Source of the DNA: an uncultured Parcubacteria group bacterium
GTDB lineage: Bacteria > Patescibacteriota > Patescibacteriia > UBA9934 > CAMTUG01
DNA: 64,000 nucleotides
NCBI GenBank assembly: GCA_947084965.1
Contig: CAMTUG010000001.1
Coordinates: 276,206-340,205, forward strand
Direction of reading: 5' to 3'
Shown here: piece after piece, positions 8,999 through 17,593 of the stretch
Position numbering within the stretch: position 1 is the first letter of the stretch
How the letters are laid out: each line of letters starts with the position of its first letter
Notes under the pieces: model-generated
Told to the model about the DNA's origin: nothing
The model's input: the letters and a program-made list of their open reading frames with translations, nothing else
Database searches by the model: none
Program-made: the position numbers and the translations under genes

Positions 8999-9638
8999 CG
9001 AACTTGATCTCCTGGAGCAGGATTTTCGTGCCGCCTGGGCGGATGCTCTTGGAGCGGAACGACCGTTGACCGAAGTCGAAGAAGAAGTCATGGCCGAAGT
9101 CGATCAAATAGATGGCGCAGCGCATGCTGATCTTGAAGTCCTGTTTGCTGAGGCGGGGGTGGAAGACGATCGCTGTCCGGTGCACGGTGCCGATTGCCAT
9201 GGGGGGGAGGGGGACGCTTCAATCGCCGAGATGTTGGATGCGACGATCACCCACGATCCTCTCTCGTCGCGAGCGTTTCAGTTGGAGCGCGCGGTAGCCG
9301 ATTGGTGTCGGACGGCGGCGGTCCCGCAACCGATGTATCGTGATCTCTTTCGTTTGCGAATCAATGCTCCGCTCTTTGCCGCGAAGATCGTCTTTGCTGC
9401 ACAGGAAGAAGCGGTAGGGGATGCTCTCTCTATTCGGGTGGCGATAAAAGAATTAGAGGTAGGGGTCGCTTATCTGCGCCGCGCGACCGATGCGTTGAAC
9501 GTCTTGATGCATGGTGAGGCGCTCTCGCAAGGGATCGGGAGTGAGTGGCTACGCGAAGCCGAGGCGTTGTTGGTGCAGGCGCAAGAAAGACAACAACGTC
9601 TGCAATGGTTCATTCGTTTTCGTGGCAATGCGTTATGA
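8952..9638 (+). CDS. Hypothetical acidic protein. Start uncertain, with an alternative ATG at 9090
   Basis: ORF with backbone codon usage. Its stop overlaps the next start (ATGA). The 5' 47 nt would overlap the ATPase. Confidence 0.4.
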   Translation: MENEKNPEPAWLFQRNELDLLEQDFRAAWADALGAERPLTEVEEEVMAEVDQIDGAAHADLEVLFAEAGVEDDRCPVHGADCHGGEGDASIAEMLDATITHDPLSSRAFQLERAVADWCRTAAVPQPMYRDLFRLRINAPLFAAKIVFAAQEEAVGDALSIRVAIKELEVGVAYLRRATDALNVLMHGEALSQGIGSEWLREAEALLVQAQERQQRLQWFIRFRGNAL

Positions 9639-10297
9639 CCAGTATTGCGGCGATCGTGCCGGCCTACAATGAAGCACAGACGATTGCGGACGTCGTAGCG
9701 ACGCTCCGTCAGAGTGTATTGGTGCAGGAGGTGATCGTCGTTTCTGACGGTTCAACCGATGATACGGAAGCGTTGGCGGCCTCTGCGGGGGCGCGGGTCA
9801 TTCGTCTGTCAAAAAAAGGAGGGAAGGGAGCGGCGATGCTCCATGGACTCACACAGACCGATGCCCAGATTATTCTGTTTACTGACGCGGATTTGATTGG
9901 ATTTACCACTGAGCATGTTGAACGCCTCTTACTTCCGATCCTAAACGGAGCGCGGGTTATGAACGTCGGTTTGCGTGACCGAGGGCGCTTGATTACGGCT
10001 CTGGGAAGGTTCTTGCCTCTCATTGGCGGCGAGCGGGCGATTCGGCGATCGGTCATTGAACAGATTCCTCCTCACTTTTTGCAAGGATTTATGATAGAAT
10101 CTGCTTTGAACTACTTCTGTCGATCGCGGCGCTTGGCGTACGGTTCCGTAGCCCTGCCTGGGCTTACCATTCGACGCAAGTATCAAAAAGTGGGTTGGAA
10201 GGAAGGATTTAAACAATATGCTCGGATGTCGGGCCAGATCGTGACCGCTATGGTTCGTGTCCGTATCGCCCATTTGACTGGAACATTTCACGTATGA
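9636..10297 (+). CDS. Glycosyltransferase family 2, polyprenyl-phosphate sugar transferase-like
   Basis: AIVPAYNEAQTIADVV...VIVVSDGSTDDTEALA (GT2 DxD region). Translationally coupled to murD by ATGA. Confidence 0.75.
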
Positions 10298-11733
10298 AGA
10301 TCGAAGATTTTAAAGATGCAGTCGTAACCGTGATGGGACTCGGTCGCTTTAAGCAAGGGAGCGGTGTTGGCGCCACCAAATGGTTGATGCGCCATGGGGC
10401 GCAGGTGATTATCACGGATCTGAAGTCTGAGGCTGAGCTGAAAGAATCCGTTGATGAAGTGACGAATTGGTACGAGCAGTATCGCAAAGATCATCCTGAT
10501 CGCGAGATTTACCATCCGTTGTTTGTGCTTGGGGAACATCGCGAGGAGGATTTCACCGAATGCGCCGCTGTGCTGCAAAATCCAGACGTCAAACGAGAAG
10601 ATAAATTCGTCGCTTTAGCTCGGGCACACAACATCCCGATCTTTTCCGACGTCAGTCTGTTTTTTCACTTCTGTCCGTTTCCGATCACTGGCGTAACCGG
10701 TACGCGCGGAAAGACCACGACCACAGCATTGATTGGCGAAATGTACAAAGCGATGGATCCGCGAGCGATTACGGCTGGCAACATCAAAGTGTCTCCGCTG
10801 GAATATTTGGACGAGATTTTGAAGGATGAAAAGCCGCGCCCGATCGTCCTTGAATTATCATCGTCATTGATTGAAAGTTTGGGGGATTCTGGTCGTGGAC
10901 CAGATATTGGAGTTTTGACCAACATGTTTCCGGACCACCTCAATCGTTACGGATCGTATGAAGAATACCGACTGGCCAAAGAGATGATGTTTAAGATGCA
11001 AAAGCCCGACGCCTTCGCCATTATCAACAAAGACAACCTAGATGCTTCGGCGATCGCCCCGCGTGTCCCGAGCAAGCTGTATTGGTTCACCCGCGGCGAG
11101 GATTTAGCGGGGGTCGGAGGGACGTTTGTCAAAGATGGAATGCTCTTTTTCCGTCAGGGAGGAACAGACGAAGCCATCATCTCCGTCGCCGACATTGCCC
11201 TGGAGGGCGAACATAACCTTGAGAATGTGTTAGCGGCCGTTTGTGCGGCCAAAGTGCACGGAACGCCAAATGCGGCGATCGTGACCGCACTGAAGACCTT
11301 TAATGGGATGCCAGAGCGTCAGGAGGTGGTACGCGAAGTGAACGGCGTGACGTATGTTGATGACACGACGGCGACGTCACCAGAGGGGGCGATGGCTGCC
11401 CTCAAGCGCTTCGGACAAAAGGGGAAGGTGGTGTTGCTTGCGGGGGGTGCGTCCAAGAATTTGCCGCTCGATGATCTGGGAAAGATGATCCGTACGACCT
11501 GCAAGTACGTCGTGTTGTTTGAAGGGACCGCGACCGATGATTTTATGAAAGCGATTGGAGATTCTGTCCCGACCGTGCGGGTGAATTCGATGGTCGAAGC
11601 GATGCAGGCCGCTTCGAGTGTGGCGCAGTCGGGTGACATCGTTTTGCTTTCACCGGGCACGGCCAGTTTCGGGATCTTCAAAAATGAATTTGACCGCGGG
11701 GCCCAGTTTAAAGACGCGGTTGCCAAGCTCTAA
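10294..11733 (+). CDS. murD: UDP-N-acetylmuramoylalanine--D-glutamate ligase
   Basis: MurD-like N-terminal Rossmann domain (VMGLGRFKQGSG), Mur ligase P-loop GVTGTRGKTTTTALIGEMY. Confidence 0.8.
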   Translation: MKIEDFKDAVVTVMGLGRFKQGSGVGATKWLMRHGAQVIITDLKSEAELKESVDEVTNWYEQYRKDHPDREIYHPLFVLGEHREEDFTECAAVLQNPDVKREDKFVALARAHNIPIFSDVSLFFHFCPFPITGVTGTRGKTTTTALIGEMYKAMDPRAITAGNIKVSPLEYLDEILKDEKPRPIVLELSSSLIESLGDSGRGPDIGVLTNMFPDHLNRYGSYEEYRLAKEMMFKMQKPDAFAIINKDNLDASAIAPRVPSKLYWFTRGEDLAGVGGTFVKDGMLFFRQGGTDEAIISVADIALEGEHNLENVLAAVCAAKVHGTPNAAIVTALKTFNGMPERQEVVREVNGVTYVDDTTATSPEGAMAALKRFGQKGKVVLLAGGASKNLPLDDLGKMIRTTCKYVVLFEGTATDDFMKAIGDSVPTVRVNSMVEAMQAASSVAQSGDIVLLSPGTASFGIFKNEFDRGAQFKDAVAKL

Positions 11734-11780
11734 TCGGGCTTTCTTTATCGATTGAACGTAAGGGGATTTTCTGCTAAGTT

Positions 11781-13073
11781 GTGATGGCTATGGTTAAAGC
11801 CTTGTTGCGAAAAGTCCTCCCAACATCGTTGCTGAGCCTCTATCACTTCTGCCTTGCTCGGGCGGCAGCGTTTGTTTATGGCAACCCTTCGGAAAAGATG
11901 ATTGTGATTGGTGTCACGGGAACGAGCGGTAAGTCCACCACCGTTTCATTTATCGGGCAGATTTTAGAGCATGCGGGTCATCGGGTGGGATGGACCTCCA
12001 CCGCGACCTTTAAAGTTGGCTCGAAGGAATGGGCCAATGATCGCAAGATGACGAGTCTCGGTCGCTTTCAAACACAAAAGTTGCTCAAGGAGATGGTCAA
12101 CGCGGGTTGCACCCACGCTATTGTCGAAGTGACGTCTCAGGGGATCGTGCAGCACCGCCATCAGGGGATTAATTTTGATGTCGCCGTTTTTACTAATTTG
12201 TGGCCAGAACATATTGAATCGCACGGAAGTTTTGAGAATTACAAGCAAGCCAAGCTGAAGTTATTTCAACACCTGACCGCTCGTCCGCATAAACATCTTT
12301 TCGGAAAAGAAATTCCAAAGGTGATCGTTGCGAACGGCAACGATCCGCACGCCAATGATTTTCTTGCTCATAAGGCCGATCGAAAAGTTGCGTTCGAGGT
12401 AGATCCGGATCTTGAACTTACCGCAGCCGGTGCATCCTTTAGCGCTCTTGGCGTTGAGATGGACCTGCCTATACTCGGCGCCTTCAATGTACAAAATGCT
12501 TTGGCAGCTGCTTCGGTGGCGATGGTGCTCGATGTGCCCGTTTCTATTATTAAAGATGCTGTGGCGCGTTTGCGCGGGGTTCCAGGACGGCTCGAAAGAA
12601 TCGACGAAGGCCAGTCGTTCGGGGTGATCGTTGACTATGCCTTTGAACCTGTGGCCATGAAACGCATCTATGAGACGCTTTCCCTTTTGCCCTACGAACG
12701 GTTGATTCATGTGTTTGGCAGTTGTGGGGGTGGACGGGATGCCGCTCGGCGCCCAATTTTGGGGCGTATGTCTGGGGAGTTTGCTGATATCTGCATCGTC
12801 ACCAACGAAGATCCGTATGATGATGATCCGATGCAGATTATTCGAGAGGTGGCAGCCGGAGCGCGAGAAGTGGGAAAGAAGGATGGCGAAGACCTTTTTG
12901 TGATCGAGGATCGCGGAGAGGCGATTAAGAAAGCGATCCAGATGGCTGCGTCAAATGACCTCGTGCTTGTGACGGGCAAGGGGAGCGAACCTGTTATGGC
13001 GGTCGCTCATGGTAAACTGATCCCGTGGGACGATCGCGTTGAGGTAAGAAAAGCATTGCATGAACGTCAGTAA
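11781..13073 (+). CDS. murE: UDP-N-acetylmuramoyl-tripeptide ligase (MurE-like)
   Basis: GVTGTSGKSTT; C-terminal GRLERIDEGQSFGVIVDYAFEP...FGSCGGGRDAARRP...VTNEDPYDDDP...LVTGKGSE matches the MurE C-terminus. Confidence 0.75.
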   Translation: MMAMVKALLRKVLPTSLLSLYHFCLARAAAFVYGNPSEKMIVIGVTGTSGKSTTVSFIGQILEHAGHRVGWTSTATFKVGSKEWANDRKMTSLGRFQTQKLLKEMVNAGCTHAIVEVTSQGIVQHRHQGINFDVAVFTNLWPEHIESHGSFENYKQAKLKLFQHLTARPHKHLFGKEIPKVIVANGNDPHANDFLAHKADRKVAFEVDPDLELTAAGASFSALGVEMDLPILGAFNVQNALAAASVAMVLDVPVSIIKDAVARLRGVPGRLERIDEGQSFGVIVDYAFEPVAMKRIYETLSLLPYERLIHVFGSCGGGRDAARRPILGRMSGEFADICIVTNEDPYDDDPMQIIREVAAGAREVGKKDGEDLFVIEDRGEAIKKAIQMAASNDLVLVTGKGSEPVMAVAHGKLIPWDDRVEVRKALHERQ

Positions 13074-13569
13074 ACTCGTCCAATTAAAGCCCGAAGAAGA
13101 GGTCATCCTGGTCGTCCATCAGTCGCTCATTCCTTGGTGGCCCAAGTTTTTGTTGGCGATATTGTGGGTGTTACTGCCGTTTTTTCTGCTTTTTCCCCTC
13201 TTTCAGATGCGCTTTTGGGGGGTGATGATCTTTCTTGCACTTCTGGCGAGCGGCGCGATCTACGCTTGGCGTACCTTTTTGGCTTGGCATCGATCCATTT
13301 TCATCATCACTGACCGCCGCATCATCGATCACGACCAGCGTGGACTATTCAGTCGTGTCGTTTCCGAAGCCCCCTTTTCGACCATTCAGGACGTCAGCTA
13401 TAAGATTAGCGGTTTCTGGCCGACCGTTCTGCGCTACGGCGATGTGACGGTGCAGATTCGCGGCAATGCGGTGAATCTGGAGATCTTTCATGTCCGACGA
13501 CCGCACCACGTCCATGATTTGCTCAATGATCTGCGTCTGGATCTCGAAGAAAATTCGGAAAACCCATAA
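13060..13569 (+). CDS. Membrane protein with bacterial PH-like (YdbT/DUF304-type) domain
   Basis: Two N-terminal TM helices followed by a soluble domain; the match is weak. Confidence 0.45.
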   Translation: MNVSKLVQLKPEEEVILVVHQSLIPWWPKFLLAILWVLLPFFLLFPLFQMRFWGVMIFLALLASGAIYAWRTFLAWHRSIFIITDRRIIDHDQRGLFSRVVSEAPFSTIQDVSYKISGFWPTVLRYGDVTVQIRGNAVNLEIFHVRRPHHVHDLLNDLRLDLEENSENP

Positions 13570-13572
13570 TCC

Positions 13573-14043
13573 ATGGCTACCACAAACTTCATTCGCCGCC
13601 TGCTCGAACTACGTCTCTTCCTTGTGATTAACTTGGTGGCGCTCTTTTTCCTTTCACTTTCGTTCGGCCGCGAATATCTCCGTAATGCATCGATTGAGTC
13701 AGAAATTGCTTCGCTTAAAGCAGAAGAGTCAGCTCTTTCTGCCCGTAACCTAGAAATCATTGCTCTCTCTGAGTCTGTCCAAACTCAGTATTTTGTCGAA
13801 GGTGAGGGACGGGTCAAATACGGTTTACGCAAACCGGGGGAGGAATTGGTCGTTGTGACTCAAACGGAAACCGCCCAGCCACAGGCAACGGTGACGGACG
13901 GCCAGTCGGCCACGTCGAGCGACACAGGACCGACGGAATCAGAGGGGGAGGAGAACCGGGTAGGCAATCCGACGCGTTGGTGGTATTTCTTGTTCGATCA
14001 CCCGGCTTACGATCAACTGATCACAGACTATGGAAACGGCTGA
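13573..14043 (+). CDS. Septum formation initiator (FtsB/DivIC/FtsL-like)
   Basis: N-terminal TM, coiled coil, conserved YFVEGEGRVKYGLRKPGEELVVV tail. Confidence 0.65.
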   Translation: MATTNFIRRLLELRLFLVINLVALFFLSLSFGREYLRNASIESEIASLKAEESALSARNLEIIALSESVQTQYFVEGEGRVKYGLRKPGEELVVVTQTETAQPQATVTDGQSATSSDTGPTESEGEENRVGNPTRWWYFLFDHPAYDQLITDYGNG

Positions 14044-14935
14044 AGTCATCATTCATCCAAAACAGAAAACGCGCGCGCCTCGCTGGCCCTTCGCGATTTT
14101 ATTCGCGATCGCCTGTGTCGTGTTTGTTTGGTACGGCATGATGTATGGCCATAAGAGTGGTTGGGTCACGCGGTTTATCAGTGTTGTTCTCCCTGTGCCG
14201 GCGGTTGTGGTGAATGATGATACGATCACCTATCGCGATCTGCTGGTGCGGACGGATACGCTGTTATGGTTGAAGGGGGAGGACGCCGATCGCGAAGAGA
14301 CCTTTGCTCAGGCGATTAATGTGCTGATCGAGCAAGCACTTATTGAACAGATCGCTCGTGATTACGACGTCGAAGTGACCCGGGATGATAAGGATGCGGC
14401 GCTCTTGATGCTTGCAGGAGAGCTCGATGAAGATGCGTTTGCAGAAAAGATTCGCGACGAGTTGGATATGAGCTTGCGTCAGTTTGCGCGGGTGGTGGTC
14501 GAACCGCTCGCCTTGGCACAGAAACTTGAAATAGCGATTCATGAAGACGAGGCGACGCAAGCCGAAGTCCAGGCTAAGGCTGAAGAGGCGAGGGATAAGG
14601 TGTTGGCAGGGATGAGTTTTTCTGAAGCAGCAGCGCTCTATTCGCAAGATCCTTCGGGAGCAGAGGGCGGGGATGTTGGCTATATCACCAAAGCGACATT
14701 ACCAGCCGGTTGGGATATGTTGCTGACGTTACCAGAGGAGGGGGTGAGTGGGGTGATTGAAACAGAAGGGGAGTTCGTAATTTTGAAAGTCGCCTGGTTG
14801 GTTGGGGTCGGCGAAGATACACAGATCCGCACTCAGGCGATTATTCTCAAAAAGAAGACACTGTCAGAGATTGTTGCGTCGCGCCGCGAAACGAGTGATA
14901 TTTCGTACGTGGTGAAAAATGTTGATGGGCTCTAG
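14030..14935 (+). CDS. SurA/PrsA-like protein with PpiC (parvulin) peptidyl-prolyl isomerase domain
   Basis: N-terminal TM. C-terminal parvulin-like LAGMSFSEAAALYSQDPSGAEGGDVGYITKATLPAGWDMLLTLPEEGVSGVIETEGEFVILKV. Confidence 0.6.
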   Translation: METAEVIIHPKQKTRAPRWPFAILFAIACVVFVWYGMMYGHKSGWVTRFISVVLPVPAVVVNDDTITYRDLLVRTDTLLWLKGEDADREETFAQAINVLIEQALIEQIARDYDVEVTRDDKDAALLMLAGELDEDAFAEKIRDELDMSLRQFARVVVEPLALAQKLEIAIHEDEATQAEVQAKAEEARDKVLAGMSFSEAAALYSQDPSGAEGGDVGYITKATLPAGWDMLLTLPEEGVSGVIETEGEFVILKVAWLVGVGEDTQIRTQAIILKKKTLSEIVASRRETSDISYVVKNVDGL

Positions 14936-15012
14936 TTGGAGGTGCTTCAAAATACTGTTTTACAGTTCGTTTGAGCACATAATGTCGTCAAACGAACTGT
15001 AAAAGTACTTTT
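14936..15012. repeat. ~77-nt intergenic hairpin element, copy 1. Copy 2 is at 59868-59945
   Basis: ttttacaGTTCGTTTGAgcacataatgtcgTCAAACGAACtgtaaaag: 12-13 bp stem, 13-nt loop. ~85% identical to copy 2, including the flanks. Confidence 0.75.
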
Positions 15013-15034
15013 TAAGACACCCAACCTCGCGCGT

Positions 15035-15451
15035 ATGAAATCCATTCTTTATTTTGACTTCTTTGGCACGATCTACGACGGCACCCGGATCCCTCCGTCT
15101 ATGATTGATGTCATTCGAGAGCTTTCTAAAAGCTCTACCCTTGTGATCGTTTCATCAGCAGGAACTTCGTACATACGTGCGATCGTTGAACGCGAAGGGA
15201 TCGCCAATCATTTCCTCCACATCATGGGCGGTGACACGGGCGGATCAAAGTCAGACAAAATGATCGCGGTCGGGGTGACAGATGCCGTCATGATTACGGA
15301 TACGGCTGGGGATATCCGCGAAGCCAAAAAGGCTGGGGTTCGCGCGATCGGTGTCACCTGGGGATCAGATGCCGCTGAAGACCTTCTGGTGGCGGGGGCG
15401 GATGCTCTTGCTTCGGATGTGAAGGATCTTGCGGGCCTCTTGGCAAAATAA
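15035..15451 (+). CDS. HAD-superfamily hydrolase-like protein, short, with a degenerate motif I
   Basis: FDFFGTIYDG in place of DxDGT. Motifs III/IV ITDTAGDIREAKKAGVRAIGVTWG are present. Confidence 0.5.
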   Translation: MKSILYFDFFGTIYDGTRIPPSMIDVIRELSKSSTLVIVSSAGTSYIRAIVEREGIANHFLHIMGGDTGGSKSDKMIAVGVTDAVMITDTAGDIREAKKAGVRAIGVTWGSDAAEDLLVAGADALASDVKDLAGLLAK

Positions 15452-15481
15452 GCGCCTCCCGATATACTGACGCCGCCGTAT

Positions 15482-15555
15482 GCGGGATTAGTACAGTGGT
15501 AGTATGCAAGCTTCCCAAGCTTGAGAGGCGAGTTCGATTCTCGTATCCCGCTCCA
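15482..15555 (+). tRNA. tRNA-Gly (anticodon CCC)
   Basis: GCGGGAT acceptor, D-arm GTACAGTGGTAGTAT, anticodon loop TTCCCAA, T-arm AGAGGCGAGTTCGATTCTCG, ATCCCGC-T-CCA. Confidence 0.85.
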
Positions 15556-15715
15556 GGAACATCGTAAATTTTGGAACACTGCTTTGTTGCGGGTCCCTGC
15601 CACCTTCGTCGACGCACCTTTCAGTGCGCCTCCTCGGATGGCATCCCGCGCCTCGCATTGTTCTCAAAATTGACGATGTTCCTGGAAGCCAGTCCCGATG
15701 ACTGTTGATTTTGAT

Positions 15716-15790
15716 GCCGATGTAGCTCAGTGGTAGAGCAATGCTTTCGTAAAGCAGAGGTCGCGAGTTCGACTCTCGCCATCGGCTCCA
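15716..15790 (+). tRNA. tRNA-Thr (anticodon CGT)
   Basis: GCCGATG acceptor, GCTCAGTGGTAGAGC, anticodon loop TTCGTAA, T-arm GCGAGTTCGACTCTCGC, CATCGGC-T-CCA. Confidence 0.85.
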
Positions 15791-15820
15791 AAAAATCTTC
15801 ACTTTGGTGGAGATTTTTTG
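15791..15820 (+). terminator. Rho-independent terminator after the tRNA-Gly/Thr pair
   Basis: aaaatcttcac-tttg-gtggagatttt, followed by a T-run. Confidence 0.6.
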
Positions 15821-15840
15821 TTGTGCTATACTGTTGGCGT

Positions 15841-16521
15841 GTGATTCACTTTAAGAACGTGACCAAAACATATCCACCGAACGTGGTGGGGCTGAAGGAC
15901 TGCTCCTTGCACATCAAACCAGGGGAGTTTGTTTGCATCGTCGGGAGGAGCGGAACGGGGAAGTCTACTCTCGCCAAATGTCTGTTTGCAGAAGAGCGCG
16001 CGGAGCGTGGAACGGTGGAGATTGGCGGCTGGGATATTACCAACATTAAAGCGAGTGAAGTTCCGTTGCTGCGTCGTCAGATCGGTGTCGTCTTCCAGGA
16101 CTTTAAATTATTGCCGAAAAAAACGGCGGAGGAGAACGTTTCCTTTGCCCTGGAAGTTGCCGGCGAACGTCCCAAGCGTATCCGCGAAGTGGTGCCGAAC
16201 GTGATGCGGATCGTCGGGCTGGGGGACAAAATGCACCGCTATCCACATCAGCTTTCCGGAGGGGAACAGCAGCGCATTTCAATCGCTCGTGCCTTGGTGC
16301 ATCGTCCGAAAGTGCTCGTCGCCGATGAACCAACGGGAAATTTAGACACGGTCAACACGCACGAAATCATCGAACTGCTCAAAAAGATTAACGACTTTGG
16401 GACAACGATCGTGCTCGTGACCCACAATCGCGAGGTAGTCAACAAGTTAAAAAAACGGGTCGTCACGCTCGAGGGGGGAAAGATCATCTCCGACGTTGAA
16501 GAAGGAAAATACAAACTGTGA
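15841..16521 (+). CDS. ftsE: Cell-division ABC transporter ATP-binding protein FtsE
   Basis: Walker A GRSGTGKST, ABC signature LSGGEQQRISIARAL, Walker B VLVADEPT. GTG start at 15841. The ORF-track extension back to 15730 would run into the tRNA-Thr. Confidence 0.8.
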   Translation: MIHFKNVTKTYPPNVVGLKDCSLHIKPGEFVCIVGRSGTGKSTLAKCLFAEERAERGTVEIGGWDITNIKASEVPLLRRQIGVVFQDFKLLPKKTAEENVSFALEVAGERPKRIREVVPNVMRIVGLGDKMHRYPHQLSGGEQQRISIARALVHRPKVLVADEPTGNLDTVNTHEIIELLKKINDFGTTIVLVTHNREVVNKLKKRVVTLEGGKIISDVEEGKYKL

Positions 16522-17429
16522 TTACAGTTTATCGCATCGGAAAATTTGCGTTCCAGAACTTCTGGAGGAATATCTGGCTCTCGATCATCACCGTGACCAT
16601 TTTGGTGTTGACGTTGCTCACCGTGAACATCCTTTTGGTGTTGAATGTGATCGGACAGACGGCGGTCAAGACGATTGAAGCGAAGATCGACGTCTCCGTG
16701 ACGTTCACTCCGGAGACGAGTACAACCCTGATCGGCAACGCTCGCGGATATTTGCTCTCCTTGCCGCAAGTTAAGGATGTGCGCACGCTCTCTCCAGAGG
16801 AGGTGTTGCGGGACTTCCGTGCAGACAACGCGGGGAATCCAGATGTCCTCGCTTCGCTCGATGAGGTCGAAGGCAATCCATTCGGTGGTCAGTTGGTGAT
16901 CCTCGCCAACAATCCGGAGGATTTCGATTTCATTCTGGAGGCGCTGGAAAGTCCAGAATACAAACCGTCTATCGCGGACAAAGATTTTGAAGATCATCAG
17001 GTGGTGATTCAGAACATCACGACGACCTTCGACAAGATTCGTACGGGGGGGATTATTCTCGGTGGAATCTTTTTGTTGATCACCGTTCTTATTATCGTGA
17101 ATACGATCCGGGTTGCTATTTATACCCACCGAGAAGAGATCGGCATTATGCGCCTCGTCGGTGCACCAAACTTCTTCATCCGCGCTCCATTCCTCGTCGA
17201 GGCGATGCTGTATACCTTGATCGCTGTGCTCGTAACGATCGCGATCGTCTATCCGACGATCAGCCTGATTGAGCCGGCTCTTGATGCCTTCTTCCAAACC
17301 ACGCCTACCGGTTTGCTGAGCTATTTCACCGCCAACTTTGAGCTTATTTTCGGCTTGCAGCTGGCGGCGCTCTGTATCATCAACATGGTTGCGACGGGGT
17401 TTGCTATGCGCAAGTACCTTCAGGTTTGA
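16518..17429 (+). CDS. ftsX: Cell-division permease FtsX
   Basis: FtsX topology of TM, large extracellular loop and 3 TM; overlaps ftsE by 4 nt. Confidence 0.8.
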   Translation: MITVYRIGKFAFQNFWRNIWLSIITVTILVLTLLTVNILLVLNVIGQTAVKTIEAKIDVSVTFTPETSTTLIGNARGYLLSLPQVKDVRTLSPEEVLRDFRADNAGNPDVLASLDEVEGNPFGGQLVILANNPEDFDFILEALESPEYKPSIADKDFEDHQVVIQNITTTFDKIRTGGIILGGIFLLITVLIIVNTIRVAIYTHREEIGIMRLVGAPNFFIRAPFLVEAMLYTLIAVLVTIAIVYPTISLIEPALDAFFQTTPTGLLSYFTANFELIFGLQLAALCIINMVATGFAMRKYLQV

Positions 17430-17556
17430 TGAAACGAGGTAAATTCCTCGATTTGCTGCGTTATGGGGCCCCGACGACTCCTCAACGTACCGGCCATGTA
17501 CGTCTTGATCGTCGTCCTCCCCATGCCTTGCAACTCGAGTTTTTACCTCGTTTCAT
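17429..17556. repeat. 128-nt imperfect palindromic long-hairpin element (REP/MITE-like), family copy E1
   Basis: Perfect 15-bp terminal inverted repeats atgaaacgaggtaaa / tttacctcgtttcat. Nested inner stems and an apical hairpin acgtac-cggccat-gtacgt. Related to the element at 27258-27379. Confidence 0.7.
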
Positions 17557-17593
17557 TGACTTAGCATCATCATTGTAGTACTATCCGATCCTT

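Noticed and set aside
15208-15802. Minus-strand ORFs (131, 87, 104 aa) across the tRNA-Gly/tRNA-Thr region
   Set aside because: They overlap two well-formed tRNA genes and have no translation signals, so they are spurious.
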